DNA of 32,000 nt from Flavobacteriaceae bacterium (GTDB lineage Bacteria > Bacteroidota > Bacteroidia > Flavobacteriales > Flavobacteriaceae). The notes under the pieces are model-generated. The model ran no database searches and had not been told where the DNA came from. It saw only the letters and a list, made by a program, of their open reading frames with translations. A program made the position numbers and the translations under genes. Position 1 is the stretch's first letter, and each line of letters opens with the position of its first letter. The DNA lies in assembly GCA_965224465.1 (NCBI GenBank), contig OZ245049.1:4200001-4232000 (forward strand). The letters run 5' to 3'. Below are positions 17,349 to 27,013 of the stretch, piece after piece.

Positions 17349-17531
17349 ATGGAAATTGTACGTAGAATTTTTGAATATGCTTATTTGTTAATTGCTCTGC
17401 TGTTGTTTCAGGGAGTGTATAGCATTTGGAATAAGGATAGAAATGATGCATATGTCTTACTTGTTTTTGCCTTTGCAGCAATAGGAATGTATGTGTTTAA
17501 AAAAATGATGAGAAAAAAAATTAATAAATAA
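17349..17531 (+). CDS. Small two-TM membrane protein (60 aa)
   Basis: ATG is 1 nt after the lptC stop. Two clear hydrophobic helices and a basic C-terminal tail (KKMMRKKINK). No family recognised. Confidence 0.5.
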   Translation: MEIVRRIFEYAYLLIALLLFQGVYSIWNKDRNDAYVLLVFAFAAIGMYVFKKMMRKKINK

Positions 17532-17536
17532 TTTAT

Positions 17537-18802
17537 ATGGAGTTTCAGATTGTAATTATTCTTTTGTCGGTGTTGTTTTCAGCCTTTTTTTCTGGAATGG
17601 AAATTGCCTTTATTTCTGCAAATAAATTACAGATTGAAATTGAAAAGAAAAACGAAGGTATTGTCGCTTCAATCTTAGTGAAATTAACCCGTAAATCTTC
17701 TAAATTTATAACCACTATGTTGGTAGGGAATAATATATCCTTAGTCATCTATAGCTTTTTTATGGGGAGGTTTATTCTTAGTTTTTCTGTGTTTACTCAG
17801 TTCAATGTTTTTACCGAATTATTGTTGCAAACTGTCATTTCTACCCTTGTTATATTAGTGACTGCGGAGTTTCTTCCAAAAACAATTTTTAGGATTTATG
17901 CAAACGAAACATTAAAAATATTTGCAATACCAGCCTATTTTTTTTATGTGTTGTTTTTTTACATTTCTGATTTTATTACGTTGATTTCTGATTTTTTCTT
18001 AAGGGTGTTTTTTAAAACCAACCCAGATGATTGTCAGAAGGAGTTTAGTAAAGCCGAGTTAGGGAATTATATCAACGAACAATTAGAGAACACTGCTGAA
18101 AATAGTGAGGTAGATAGTGAAATTCAAATTTTTCAAAATGCGCTGGAATTCCACAATGTAAAAGCGAGGGAAATTATGATCCCTAGAACGGAATTAGTCG
18201 CCGTAGATAGTACAGAGTCTTTGGAAGTCTTGAAAAAACAATTTATTGATACAGGCTATTCTAAAATTTTAGTATTCAAATCATCTCTCGATGATATTAT
18301 TGGGTATGTTCATGCATTTGAATTGTTTAAAGATCCTAAAAATTTACGTTCTATCTTACTTCCTGTAGAGTTTATTCCTGAAAGTATGTTCATAAATGAT
18401 GTTTTAAATTTATTGACCAAGAGAAAAAAAAGCATGGCGGTGGTATTGGACGAATATGGTGGTACTTCTGGAATTGTTACTGTAGAAGATATTGTGGAAG
18501 AGCTATTCGGGGAAATAGAAGATGAACATGATTCTATTGCATTAAGAGAAGAAAAGTTAAATAGTAGAGAGTATATTTTTTCTGCCCGTTTAGAGATCGA
18601 CTACTTGAATGACACCTATGGTTTAAAACTTCCCGAGAACGACGCCTATGAGACTTTAGGGGGGTATATTGTGTATTGTAATGAAAACATACCACGTGTT
18701 GGTGAAAAGGTAAAAATAGATGGTTTTTACTTTGAAATGACGCAAGTGGATTCTTCTAGAATCGTAGAGGTTTACTTAAAGGTTTTGGATAGAAAAGATT
18801 AA
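17537..18802 (+). CDS. CNNM/DUF21-CBS-CorC_HlyC 'hemolysin family' membrane protein (GldE/TlyC-like)
   Basis: N-terminal DUF21 TM region, a CBS pair (AREIMIPRTELVAV..., KKSMAVVLDEYGGTSGIVTVEDIVEELFGEIEDEHD) and a CorC/HlyC C-terminal domain. Confidence 0.85.
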   Translation: MEFQIVIILLSVLFSAFFSGMEIAFISANKLQIEIEKKNEGIVASILVKLTRKSSKFITTMLVGNNISLVIYSFFMGRFILSFSVFTQFNVFTELLLQTVISTLVILVTAEFLPKTIFRIYANETLKIFAIPAYFFYVLFFYISDFITLISDFFLRVFFKTNPDDCQKEFSKAELGNYINEQLENTAENSEVDSEIQIFQNALEFHNVKAREIMIPRTELVAVDSTESLEVLKKQFIDTGYSKILVFKSSLDDIIGYVHAFELFKDPKNLRSILLPVEFIPESMFINDVLNLLTKRKKSMAVVLDEYGGTSGIVTVEDIVEELFGEIEDEHDSIALREEKLNSREYIFSARLEIDYLNDTYGLKLPENDAYETLGGYIVYCNENIPRVGEKVKIDGFYFEMTQVDSSRIVEVYLKVLDRKD

Positions 18803-18880
18803 AAACCTAAATCTTGTTGTTTTTAATCATTTTTCTGATTAATTATAGGTCATTAACTTTTATTTATCGATAGTAAAGTG

Positions 18881-18888
18881 TATTTTTG
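18881..18888 (+). promoter_or_regulatory. -7 box (TATTTTTG) upstream of ppiD
   Basis: Exact TAnnTTTG 26 nt upstream of ATG 18914. It lies inside the listed ORF's 5' extension, so that extension (GTG 18878) is probably not translated. Confidence 0.45.
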
Positions 18889-18913
18889 CACACTTAATTT
18901 AATAGAATATACA

Positions 18914-21061
18914 ATGGCAATACTATCAAAAATTAGAGATCGATCAATGTTCTTAATCATTATTATTGGTTTGGCTCTATTTTCATTCGTACTAGACCCT
19001 AGTGCAATTCAGAGTTTCTTTAGCTCAGGAAAGGTTAATTCAATTGGTGAAATTAATGGAGAATCTATTGATAGAGAAGAGTTTGGACGTGCTGTGGAGT
19101 CGTATAAGACAAGAGCAGGACGTAATGTAACTTCGATGCAAGCAGTAAATGCTGTATGGAACAATATGGTGAGCGAAGGTGTTTTTAAAACGCAACTAGA
19201 AGAAGCGGGCATCGTTATTGGAGAAAAAGATCTATGGGATGCTATGGTAGCTTTACCGTCGGTTCAAGGTTCGCCTTTGTTTAAAAATGAAATTGGATTG
19301 TTTGATGAAGAGAAATTGAAAGAATATGTTGCAACCTTAAGAGACGACGCTAAGACTGGCGATAAGACGGCTTGGAATAATTGGTTGGCTACAGAAAAAA
19401 GCATTCAACAAAACTTAGAACGTAAAGCATACACTTCTTTGGTGAAAGTTGGTTTAGGAGCTTCGTTAAAATCTGGTGAAATTGACTACTTTAATAATAA
19501 TACAACGGTTAACGCAAGTTTTGTATATGTTCCTTTCACTTCTGTACTGGATAGTTTAGTAAGTGTTTCTAATAGTGAGATTGCATCTTATATAAAAGAA
19601 AACAAAGAAAAATATAACGTAGATGCTTCTCGTAATTTAGAATTTGTAAAGTTTGATATTGTTGCTTCAAAAGAAGACGAAGATGCTATTAAAGCAAAAT
19701 TAGTAGCAATGGTTAATGATAGAGAAGAATACAGTACTGTTGCAAAAGGAAAAGTGATTATTCCTGGATTTAAAAATGCAACAGATGATAAAAGTTTTAT
19801 AGAGAATAGTAAATCCGATTTGCCTTATGACGGAACTTTCCGTTTTAAGAACGAATTGCCTGCTGTTATCGCAGCCCAAGTTTTTGAGGCTGAAAAAGGT
19901 GCTATAGTTGGACCGTTTAGACATAATGGTTATTTTAAATTATCGAAAGTTTCTGATGTTATTATGATGCCAGACTCGGTAAAAGCAAGTCATATTTTGA
20001 TTTCGTTTTCTGGAGCAGCAAGTTCTTCTAGTTTAGTCTCGGAGGCGGATGCTGAAAAAACGGCAGATAGTTTGTTGAAAGTTGTAAAAGGGAATAAAGC
20101 CAAGTTTACTGAAATTGCAAAAGCATTGTCTTCTGATGTTACAAGTGGTGCTAAAGGTGGAGATTTGGATTGGTTTACTTATGGTGCTATGACGCCTAAG
20201 TTTAGAGACTTCTGTTTTCAAAATAAAACAAATGATATTGCTGTAGTAAAAACGGTTTTTGGTTTTCATATCATTCGAATTGACGCACAAAAAGAGAAGA
20301 AAAAAGCGGTTAAATTGGCGACTGTTTCGAAGCTGATAGAAGCTTCTGAAGATACAGAAAATATTATTTTTGCAAAAGCAGAAACGCTTGCTTCTCAGTT
20401 GTCTGATGGAAAAAACATCAATGATTTAGCAAAAGAAAATAATTATAATTTACAGTCTGCTGTAGGACTTAAAGTATTGGATGAAAACGTTACTAGTTTA
20501 GGAACGCAACGTCTAATTGTTTCTTGGGGATTTGAAAAAGAAAGAGTATTAAATGATTCTAAACGTTTTGATATTGATGTAAACGGTAAAAGGGCATATG
20601 CTGTTGTTAGCCTAACAAGTATTATAGAAAAAGGTTTGGCTCCAGTTACTTCTGTTGTAAACGAAATTAGACCTCTCTTAATGAATCGTAAAAAAGCTGC
20701 AATTCTTTTAAAGAGAATGAAGGGTGAGACATTGAGTGAAATTGCTAAAGAAAACAAAACAGGAGTTAGAAAAGCAACTTCCGTTACCGTAGTTAGTCCT
20801 ATGTTGGTTGGAGTAGGAAACGAACCTGCTATTGTTGGAGCAATGTCTACGTTAGAATTAAATAAAGTAGTAAAAGGATTGGTTGGTAATAAAGGGGTGT
20901 TTGCGGTCGAGGTTACAAAACGTGAATTGCCTGCTACTTTAGAAAACTACGCTACTTTTAGAAACTCATTAACGCGTAAGCTGCAAAATAGAACAGGTCA
21001 ATTGTACAATGCACTTAAGGAAGCTTCTCAGATTGAAGATTATAGAGGTCAAACATATTAA
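18914..21061 (+). CDS. ppiD: Periplasmic chaperone / peptidyl-prolyl isomerase PpiD-like
   Basis: N-terminal anchor MAILSKIRDRSMFLIIIIGLALFSFVL. Parvulin (PpiC) domain ASHILISF...GGDLDWF...FGFHIIRI. ~715 aa. Confidence 0.85.
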   Translation: MAILSKIRDRSMFLIIIIGLALFSFVLDPSAIQSFFSSGKVNSIGEINGESIDREEFGRAVESYKTRAGRNVTSMQAVNAVWNNMVSEGVFKTQLEEAGIVIGEKDLWDAMVALPSVQGSPLFKNEIGLFDEEKLKEYVATLRDDAKTGDKTAWNNWLATEKSIQQNLERKAYTSLVKVGLGASLKSGEIDYFNNNTTVNASFVYVPFTSVLDSLVSVSNSEIASYIKENKEKYNVDASRNLEFVKFDIVASKEDEDAIKAKLVAMVNDREEYSTVAKGKVIIPGFKNATDDKSFIENSKSDLPYDGTFRFKNELPAVIAAQVFEAEKGAIVGPFRHNGYFKLSKVSDVIMMPDSVKASHILISFSGAASSSSLVSEADAEKTADSLLKVVKGNKAKFTEIAKALSSDVTSGAKGGDLDWFTYGAMTPKFRDFCFQNKTNDIAVVKTVFGFHIIRIDAQKEKKKAVKLATVSKLIEASEDTENIIFAKAETLASQLSDGKNINDLAKENNYNLQSAVGLKVLDENVTSLGTQRLIVSWGFEKERVLNDSKRFDIDVNGKRAYAVVSLTSIIEKGLAPVTSVVNEIRPLLMNRKKAAILLKRMKGETLSEIAKENKTGVRKATSVTVVSPMLVGVGNEPAIVGAMSTLELNKVVKGLVGNKGVFAVEVTKRELPATLENYATFRNSLTRKLQNRTGQLYNALKEASQIEDYRGQTY

Positions 21062-21093
21062 AAACGTACGATATACCTTTTTAGATAATTTAT

Positions 21094-21127
21094 AAAAAAA
21101 AAGCGAGCTTTAGCTCGCTTTTTTTTA
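21094..21127 (+). terminator. Intrinsic terminator after ppiD
   Basis: AAAAAAAA-GCGAGC-TTTA-GCTCGC-TTTTTTTT. The stem is perfect and the flanking A/T runs also make it usable from the other strand. Confidence 0.85.
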
Positions 21128-21221
21128 TGCAGTTTCATTAGTGTATGTGTTTCAGTTTTTAGCGGCTAAAAAGAATTGTGTAATGCGTATTTGTCGGTCT
21201 TTTAGTGTAGGTAAAGAAGTG

Positions 21222-21381
21222 TAATCCCAAATGCATTTCCAAGAGACGGATTTGAAATGGAATTATTTTTTGTTTTAGCTAGGTAAAAATTCTAAGAATA
21301 GCCTTTGCTATCGTTCTGTTTTTTAACAACGCTAGAACGTAATAGAAACTATTTATATCGATTATTTTGGATTGTAATTGA
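21222..21381 (+). repeat. ~160-bp conserved intergenic element, copy 3
   Basis: Starts TAATCCCA. Carries all three invariant blocks. Lies between the ppiD terminator and the bidirectional terminator at 21411. Its 3' end (TTGTAATTGAATT) diverges from the other copies. Confidence 0.9.
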
Positions 21382-21410
21382 ATTACAAGTTGAATATTGA
21401 TTTTATGGCA

Positions 21411-21445
21411 TAAAAAAAGCCCTAACAATTGTTAGGGCTTTTTCT
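21411..21445. terminator. Bidirectional intrinsic terminator (rho on the minus strand; repeat copy 3 on the plus strand)
   Basis: A-run, the 22-nt palindrome AGCCCTAACAATTGTTAGGGCT, then a T-run. It lies 16 nt downstream of the rho stop. Confidence 0.85.
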
Positions 21446-21460
21446 TTATAGTTATTTTTT

Positions 21461-23254
21461 TTATCCATTCATAGACATCAAAAATTCCTCATTTGAATTG
21501 GAATATTTAATTTTATCTTGGATGAATTCCATGGCTTCTATCGGGTTCATATCTGCAAGATATTTCCTAAGTACCCATAAACGTTGAACTGTTTTGGCGT
21601 CGAATAATAAGTCATCTCTACGAGTACTAGATCTTACGAGGTCAACCGCAGGGAATATACGTCTGTTTGAGATGTTTCTATCCAATTGTAATTCCATGTT
21701 ACCTGTACCTTTGAATTCTTCGAAAATCACCTCATCCATTTTAGAACCAGTATCTGTAAGAGCTGTTGCTATAATAGTTAGAGAGCCGCCGTTTTCAATA
21801 TTACGGGCTGCGCCAAAGAATCTTTTAGGTTTGTGTAATGCATTGGCATCAATACCTCCAGATAGTATTTTTCCTGAAGCAGGAGCAACGGTATTGTAAG
21901 CACGGGCTAGTCGTGTAATTGAATCTAATAAGATAACAACATCATGTCCGCATTCTACCAATCTTTTTGCTTTTTCTAAAACAATATTAGCAACACGTAC
22001 ATGTTTGTCTGCAGGTTCGTCAAAAGTAGAGGCTACAACCTCTCCTTTAACACTACGTTGCATATCTGTAACTTCCTCTGGTCGCTCATCAATCAATAAT
22101 ATAATTTGATATACCTCAGGGTGGTTTGCAGCAATTGCATTTGCTATATCTTTTAAGAGGATAGTTTTACCAGTTTTAGGCTGTGAAACAATCATACCTC
22201 TTTGTCCTTTTCCAATAGGTGAGAATAAATCTATAATCCGGGTAGATAAAGTACTTCCAGCTTTAGCTAAATTGAATTTCTCTTGTGGAAATAAAGGTGT
22301 CAAATGCTCAAAAGACACTCTGTCTCTTACTACATGTGGACTCAATCCGTTAATTTTTGATACTCTAATTAATGGGAAGTATTTTTCTCCATCTTTTGGA
22401 GGACGAACAATTCCTTTAACAGTGTCTCCAGTCTTAAGTCCAAATAATTTTATTTGAGATTGAGACAAGTAAATATCATCAGGGGAGGACAAGTAATTAT
22501 AGTCAGAAGATCTTAAAAAACCATACCCGTCAGGCATCATTTCTAAGACACCTTCACTTTCTATAATTCCATCAAATTCATAATCCGGTTCTCTAAATTT
22601 GTTACCACTTTTCTTTGGTTGGTTTTTAGCATTCGGATTCGGATTTGAATTAGGATTAGGATTCGGTTTGTTTTTGTTTTGTTGTTGTTGTTTGTCTTTT
22701 TTAGGAGAGTCTTCCTTTTTAGCAGTGTCTTCCTTTTCAGGAGTATCTTCCTTTTTAACAGGCTGTTGTTCTTTTTGAATCGGCTTGATTTCAGGCGAAC
22801 TTTCTTCTTTTTTTATACCTTCTTTTTTTTGTTCAGGTTCTGACGGTTTAGTGTCTGTTTCCTTCGTATCAATCACTTTTTCAGCGACTATTTCCTTCTC
22901 CTTTTTTTGGATCTTTTTATCCGTATCGTCTTCCTTTTTTTCTTTAGGAATTTTATTTTCTTCTACTTCTGGTGCTGGACTAGGCTTAGAGAAAATTTCG
23001 TTGATATTCTTTTTCTCTTTTTGAGAAGTTTTCGCAGCGTGCTTTTTGTTCGTAGAATTTTTAACAATTCGCTTGCGTTTGGGCTTAGGTTTTGCCTCTG
23101 GGGTTTCAGTTTTCGGGTTGGATGCCTGAACATCTAAGATTAAGTAAACTAAATCAAGCTTTTTTAGTTGCTTGTATTTACTTGCTCCAATAGTTTTAGC
23201 AATTTCCTGTAACTGCACAAGGGTCTTTTCCTTGAGTTGTGAAATTTCAAACAT
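21461..23254 (-). CDS. rho: Transcription termination factor Rho with a ~170-aa low-complexity N-terminal insertion
   Basis: Rho N-terminal domain ([19 protein letters not shown]), RNA-binding domain ([14 protein letters not shown]), Walker [16 protein letters not shown], and the C-terminus [21 protein letters not shown]...[16 protein letters not shown]-rich spacer includes [11 protein letters not shown]. Confidence 0.95.
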   Translation of the reverse strand: MFEISQLKEKTLVQLQEIAKTIGASKYKQLKKLDLVYLILDVQASNPKTETPEAKPKPKRKRIVKNSTNKKHAAKTSQKEKKNINEIFSKPSPAPEVEENKIPKEKKEDDTDKKIQKKEKEIVAEKVIDTKETDTKPSEPEQKKEGIKKEESSPEIKPIQKEQQPVKKEDTPEKEDTAKKEDSPKKDKQQQQNKNKPNPNPNSNPNPNAKNQPKKSGNKFREPDYEFDGIIESEGVLEMMPDGYGFLRSSDYNYLSSPDDIYLSQSQIKLFGLKTGDTVKGIVRPPKDGEKYFPLIRVSKINGLSPHVVRDRVSFEHLTPLFPQEKFNLAKAGSTLSTRIIDLFSPIGKGQRGMIVSQPKTGKTILLKDIANAIAANHPEVYQIILLIDERPEEVTDMQRSVKGEVVASTFDEPADKHVRVANIVLEKAKRLVECGHDVVILLDSITRLARAYNTVAPASGKILSGGIDANALHKPKRFFGAARNIENGGSLTIIATALTDTGSKMDEVIFEEFKGTGNMELQLDRNISNRRIFPAVDLVRSSTRRDDLLFDAKTVQRLWVLRKYLADMNPIEAMEFIQDKIKYSNSNEEFLMSMNG

Positions 23255-23369
23255 TTAAATTTTATTGAATATTATGTTAATTGACAATACTTCATCGAAA
23301 AGTATTGTGATAATTAAAGTTTGTGGATCTTTTTTTGGTAGTGCTAGGTTTGAAATCGCCTAGCTTTGA

Positions 23370-23377
23370 CAAATATA
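23370..23377 (-). promoter_or_regulatory. -7 box (TATATTTG on the minus strand) for rho
   Basis: Exact TAnnTTTG ~115 nt upstream of the rho ATG. The implied leader contains the hairpins GCTAGG/CCTAGC (23343-23364) and ACAATACTT/AAGTATTGT (23284-23308). Confidence 0.4.
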
Positions 23378-23423
23378 ATAAATATTTTTCAATTTGGTTG
23401 CTTATTTGTTAAATAATAAAATG

Positions 23424-23431
23424 TAACTTTG
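23424..23431 (+). promoter_or_regulatory. -7 box (TAACTTTG) upstream of the DUF4293 gene
   Basis: Exact TAnnTTTG 21 nt upstream of ATG 23452. Confidence 0.45.
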
Positions 23432-23451
23432 TAAACGTTTAAAAAGTACGG

Positions 23452-23886
23452 ATGATTCAAAGAATACAATCGCTATTTTTACTAATGGCTGCCATAATTT
23501 CTGGAGGTGTTATAAATAGTGTTTTTTTGTGGCTTGACAGTCAAGAAGTTTCGTTTACAATATCAGATGCTATGCATTCTGAAGCTATGTTATTAAAATG
23601 CATTCCTTTTTTGTTTTACGGATCTGCTTTCCTCTCTTTTGTCACTATTTTTATGTTTAAAAATAGATTAAGACAACTTGGACTTGGAAGGTTAAATATT
23701 TTGATAAATTTTATTTTATTAGGCGTTTTAGTATATCATTCTCTAAATATATCTGGAGAAACCTTGGTTTCTGAGAAAGGTATTGGGTTATTTATTCCTG
23801 TATTAGCAATTGTTTGTCTGGTTTTGGCAAATAATGCGATTAAAAAGGATGAGGAGCTCGTAAAATCAGTTGATAGATTGCGATAA
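23452..23886 (+). CDS. DUF4293-family membrane protein
   Basis: MIQRIQSLFLLMAAI N-terminus and 4 TM helices. Divergent from rho, as is common in Bacteroidota. Confidence 0.7.
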   Translation: MIQRIQSLFLLMAAIISGGVINSVFLWLDSQEVSFTISDAMHSEAMLLKCIPFLFYGSAFLSFVTIFMFKNRLRQLGLGRLNILINFILLGVLVYHSLNISGETLVSEKGIGLFIPVLAIVCLVLANNAIKKDEELVKSVDRLR

Positions 23887-23916
23887 TACCTAACATCTTA
23901 GTGTATAGAGTGCGAT

Positions 23917-23950
23917 AATCCATCTGTCTTGTGACGGATGGATTTTTTTC
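23917..23950 (+). terminator. Intrinsic terminator after the DUF4293 gene
   Basis: AATCCATCTG-(8-nt loop)-CGGATGGATT (10 bp including one G:U) followed by TTTTTTT. Confidence 0.8.
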
Positions 23951-24016
23951 ATCACGGAAAACCATTAGTTTGCGATTTCATGATATGTAGGTATTTTAAC
24001 TAAGCACTTAAAAGCG

Positions 24017-24024
24017 TATCTTTG
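24017..24024 (+). promoter_or_regulatory. -7 box (TATCTTTG) upstream of the response regulator gene
   Basis: Exact TAnnTTTG 14 nt upstream of ATG 24038. Confidence 0.45.
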
Positions 24025-24037
24025 CAATCAGGAAACT

Positions 24038-24694
24038 ATGAAAAAAGTCAATATTCACATAGCAGATGATCATAAGATTATGATCGATGGCATAAAGGCA
24101 GTTCTTAAAACAGATCCTTCAATCAATGTGGTTGGGGAGTCCTTGGACGGTATTCAAGTCATCGATTGGTATAAGACAAATTCTTCGGATGTATTGATTT
24201 TAGATATCAACATGCCAAAACTTGACGGTTTGGATGTTTTGAGAGTTTTAAAAGACGATCCTTCTAAACCTAAAATTATTGTGCTTTCTAGTTACGATGA
24301 TATCAAACTTATTAAGGAGGTATTGAAAATGGGGGCAAGTGGTTTTTTGGCTAAAAATTGTGCAGGAGAAAATATAATAGAAGCCATAAAATCTGTCCAT
24401 CTAGGTGAACAGTATTTTAGCGAGGGTGTAAAAAAACGCATTTTGTCTGATTTTTCAGGTGTTTCATCGGGATTACAGACTGTTCCCGAAGGATTCTTTC
24501 ACAACGATTTGACGCGGAGAGAAATTGATGTTTTAAAACTTATTACGAAAGAGAAAAGTTCCAAAAGTATTGCAGAAGCATTGAGTATTAGTATAAATAC
24601 AGTAGAAACTCACCGTAAAAATTTAATAAAAAAATTACATGTTAAGAATGTGGTAGGTTTGGTTTTATACGCTATAAAAAACCATATAGTCTAA
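24038..24694 (+). CDS. NarL/LuxR-family two-component response regulator
   Basis: REC domain (IADDHKIM, LILDINMPKLDG, KIIVLSSY) and a LuxR HTH domain (LTRREIDVLKLI...IAEALSISINTVETHRKNLIKKL). Confidence 0.9.
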   Translation: MKKVNIHIADDHKIMIDGIKAVLKTDPSINVVGESLDGIQVIDWYKTNSSDVLILDINMPKLDGLDVLRVLKDDPSKPKIIVLSSYDDIKLIKEVLKMGASGFLAKNCAGENIIEAIKSVHLGEQYFSEGVKKRILSDFSGVSSGLQTVPEGFFHNDLTRREIDVLKLITKEKSSKSIAEALSISINTVETHRKNLIKKLHVKNVVGLVLYAIKNHIV

Positions 24695-24748
24695 TCTTAT
24701 TTCTTGTGTATTTACCTAGGCTATTATTAAAAGATTTTAATTTCTTGT

Positions 24749-26443
24749 ATGTCCTTGTTTAATCAAATAGTTCTAAGATTGCTGTTTATAACCTTTGTAA
24801 ATTCCTTTGCAGGGACATTGCCTTTAAATCCTTCTTTTTTGAACCACCATATCTCCTCATATAAGTCTTTCGATTTTTATGAAAGAGAAAAGATAATCTC
24901 TGACGGTAATAAAAGTCTAAGCATTGTCTTACTTTTTGATTGTAAGAAGAGTGAAGAGGTCTTAGGTGATAGTCGTCAGTCAATTAGTTTTAGTTGTTTA
25001 ATGGAGAAACACGTGTCCTTAGGCGGGGATTGTAGTCCTGCATTATTGTGGTCTCATAAGACGGATAATCAGCGTGAAAATAATGCCGATTTTTTAATGA
25101 AAAGTGTCGTTTTTCACGGCATAGATAAGTTAGATACGGCTATCTATCATTCTAAAAATCCGACTTTGTATATCGCTGATTTTCCTGTTTTAAAACAGGG
25201 AAGTACACTTATTAATAGGAAGTTGTCTCCTGTTTATTCTCTGAAGAATGATGTTGATACTGCGCTAGAATTAGGGGATAGTATTCAGCTAGAGTTAGGT
25301 GGTTCTGATCTGGGATCTGTGATCCTTAATAGTATTGCTGCGACCTATTTTATGCAAGGAGCTTATAATAAATCTCTAAAATCATATAAAAGAGTATTGG
25401 ATCTTTCTAAGAAGGGGAATACAGATACGCATCGGACTTCCCGTTGTCTTTCGTATCTTAATTTAGCAAATTCATATTCTGGATTAGGGGATTTTAAACA
25501 AGCGTTTTATCATCAAGACATGTATTTTTCTTTAAATGATAGTTTACAAAACGAATTCAAACGTAAAGAAATAGCCAAGATTCAAGCAGAATATACCTTA
25601 CTTAAAAATATCACGGAAATTAACAATTCAAAATTAAAAGTAAAAAAAGCACAATTGATCTCTTATGGTCTTGTTTTTTTGTTGTTCTTGATCGTTATCG
25701 CAGGGTGGTTTTTATTCAAGCTGGCCAAACTTAATAGAAAAAATATGCGATTGGAGTTTTATCAGCAGCAGTTGTTAAATGAAAATAAACTTAAGAAAAT
25801 GGAGAGTCTGATGCAAGTACGTTGTATGAATGCTGCATTGGATGGTAGATTAGAAGAGCGCAAAAACATAGCATGTATTTTACATAATAATGTGAGTTCC
25901 TTGCTGGCTTCCGCTAGTTTACATTTACATGCGAGTAGAGCCATATTGAATTGTGAAGTGCCTGAGGAGATTAATAAGTCCCAAGAGATTTTGTCTGAAG
26001 CCGCCCAAGAAATTAGAGACTTATCTCATACCTTAATGTCTTCACTTTTATTAAAATTTGGACTCGACCATGCCATTCTCGATTTATGTGAACAAGCATC
26101 CAATAGTAAGCTTTGTATTAAAGGGGAGTGTGTTGGTTTGAAGAGATATGATCAAAACTTCGAAATTAAAATGCACGCTGTTGTTAATGAATTGGTGAAT
26201 AATATTCTAAAACACAGCGGAGGAGATAAGGCATCTGTTGTTATTGAAGATAAAGGTTCAAAGATTCACCTTTTAATTACCGATAATGGTATGGGTTTTG
26301 AAATGGATAAAGTACTAGAAAAAGAAGGCTTGGGCTTGTCTCAAGTCAAGTATAGAGTTTTAAGTATGGATGGTGTGTTTATCGTGAATTCTAAGCTAGG
26401 AATAGGCACGGAAATATTTGTTTCAGTGCCTGTTAAACCTTAG
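24749..26443 (+). CDS. Sensor histidine kinase (HisKA_3/HATPase_c) with an extracytoplasmic TPR-containing sensor region
   Basis: Signal or anchor sequence, a ~290-aa N-terminal region with TPR-like repeats, and the TM segment LISYGLVFLLFLIVIAGWFLF. H-box ILHNNVSSLL, N-box ELVNNILKHS, G-boxes DNGMGF and GLGLSQV. Confidence 0.85.
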   Translation: MSLFNQIVLRLLFITFVNSFAGTLPLNPSFLNHHISSYKSFDFYEREKIISDGNKSLSIVLLFDCKKSEEVLGDSRQSISFSCLMEKHVSLGGDCSPALLWSHKTDNQRENNADFLMKSVVFHGIDKLDTAIYHSKNPTLYIADFPVLKQGSTLINRKLSPVYSLKNDVDTALELGDSIQLELGGSDLGSVILNSIAATYFMQGAYNKSLKSYKRVLDLSKKGNTDTHRTSRCLSYLNLANSYSGLGDFKQAFYHQDMYFSLNDSLQNEFKRKEIAKIQAEYTLLKNITEINNSKLKVKKAQLISYGLVFLLFLIVIAGWFLFKLAKLNRKNMRLEFYQQQLLNENKLKKMESLMQVRCMNAALDGRLEERKNIACILHNNVSSLLASASLHLHASRAILNCEVPEEINKSQEILSEAAQEIRDLSHTLMSSLLLKFGLDHAILDLCEQASNSKLCIKGECVGLKRYDQNFEIKMHAVVNELVNNILKHSGGDKASVVIEDKGSKIHLLITDNGMGFEMDKVLEKEGLGLSQVKYRVLSMDGVFIVNSKLGIGTEIFVSVPVKP

Positions 26444-26937
26444 TTTCTTTGTTCCATTTCTATGATTTCTAAATCGTAAATTCGTTCTTTTTCTATTTTA
26501 AAACGTACCATAGTACGCACCTTGTGGAAGCCATGCTTTCCAACCGCTCCTGGGTTTATATGTAAAATATTTAATTTTTTATCGAACATTACTTTTAAAA
26601 TATGTGAATGTCCACTTATAAAGATATTCGGTCTTTCGAGGGATAGTTTTTGTCGGATACGTGTATCGTATTTATTGGGGTATCCTCCTATATGTGTCAT
26701 CCAAACCTGTACGTTTTCTATCTTAAATTTATTGTCTAAAGGGAATTCTTTGCGAATATTATGATCGTCAATGTTTCCATAAACAGCTCTTAAAACTCCC
26801 TTTTTTTTAATGTTATCTGTAACATCGAGGCTTCCGATGTCTCCTGCGTGCCATATCTCATCCGCTTGTTTTACATGGTTTAAAATCTGTTCGTCCAAAT
26901 ATCCATGGGTGTCAGATAAGAGCAATATTTTTTTCAT
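26440..26937 (-). CDS. YfcE/MJ0936-family metallophosphoesterase
   Basis: LLLSDTHGY, HAGDIGS, GNID, ISGHSH motifs. 165 aa. Its stop overlaps the HK stop in a convergent arrangement. Confidence 0.85.
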   Translation of the reverse strand: MKKILLLSDTHGYLDEQILNHVKQADEIWHAGDIGSLDVTDNIKKKGVLRAVYGNIDDHNIRKEFPLDNKFKIENVQVWMTHIGGYPNKYDTRIRQKLSLERPNIFISGHSHILKVMFDKKLNILHINPGAVGKHGFHKVRTMVRFKIEKERIYDLEIIEMEQRN

Positions 26938-26981
26938 TGAGTTGTATTCGAATTAAGTTCTGTTAAAATACCGAAAAGCTG

Positions 26982-26989
26982 TATCTTTG
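26982..26989 (+). promoter_or_regulatory. -7 box (TATCTTTG) upstream of truA
   Basis: Exact TAnnTTTG 25 nt upstream of the TTG start at 27014. Confidence 0.45.
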
Positions 26990-27013
26990 TGAATTCAAAA
27001 ATACACGATTCAA

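Noticed and set aside
21594-23137. Four plus-strand ORFs (61-101 aa) antisense to rho
   Set aside because: They lie entirely within the well-supported rho CDS. They have low-complexity S/F/L-rich translations produced by the complement of the K/E-rich insert and show no independent signals.
24038-26443. Two-component system as part of a novel system with its neighbours (DUF4293, metallophosphoesterase)
   Set aside because: The RR and HK have their own promoter box. The DUF4293 gene ends in a strong terminator, and the phosphoesterase gene is convergent. Nothing links them functionally, and this TPR-HK plus LuxR-RR pairing is common in Flavobacteriia.
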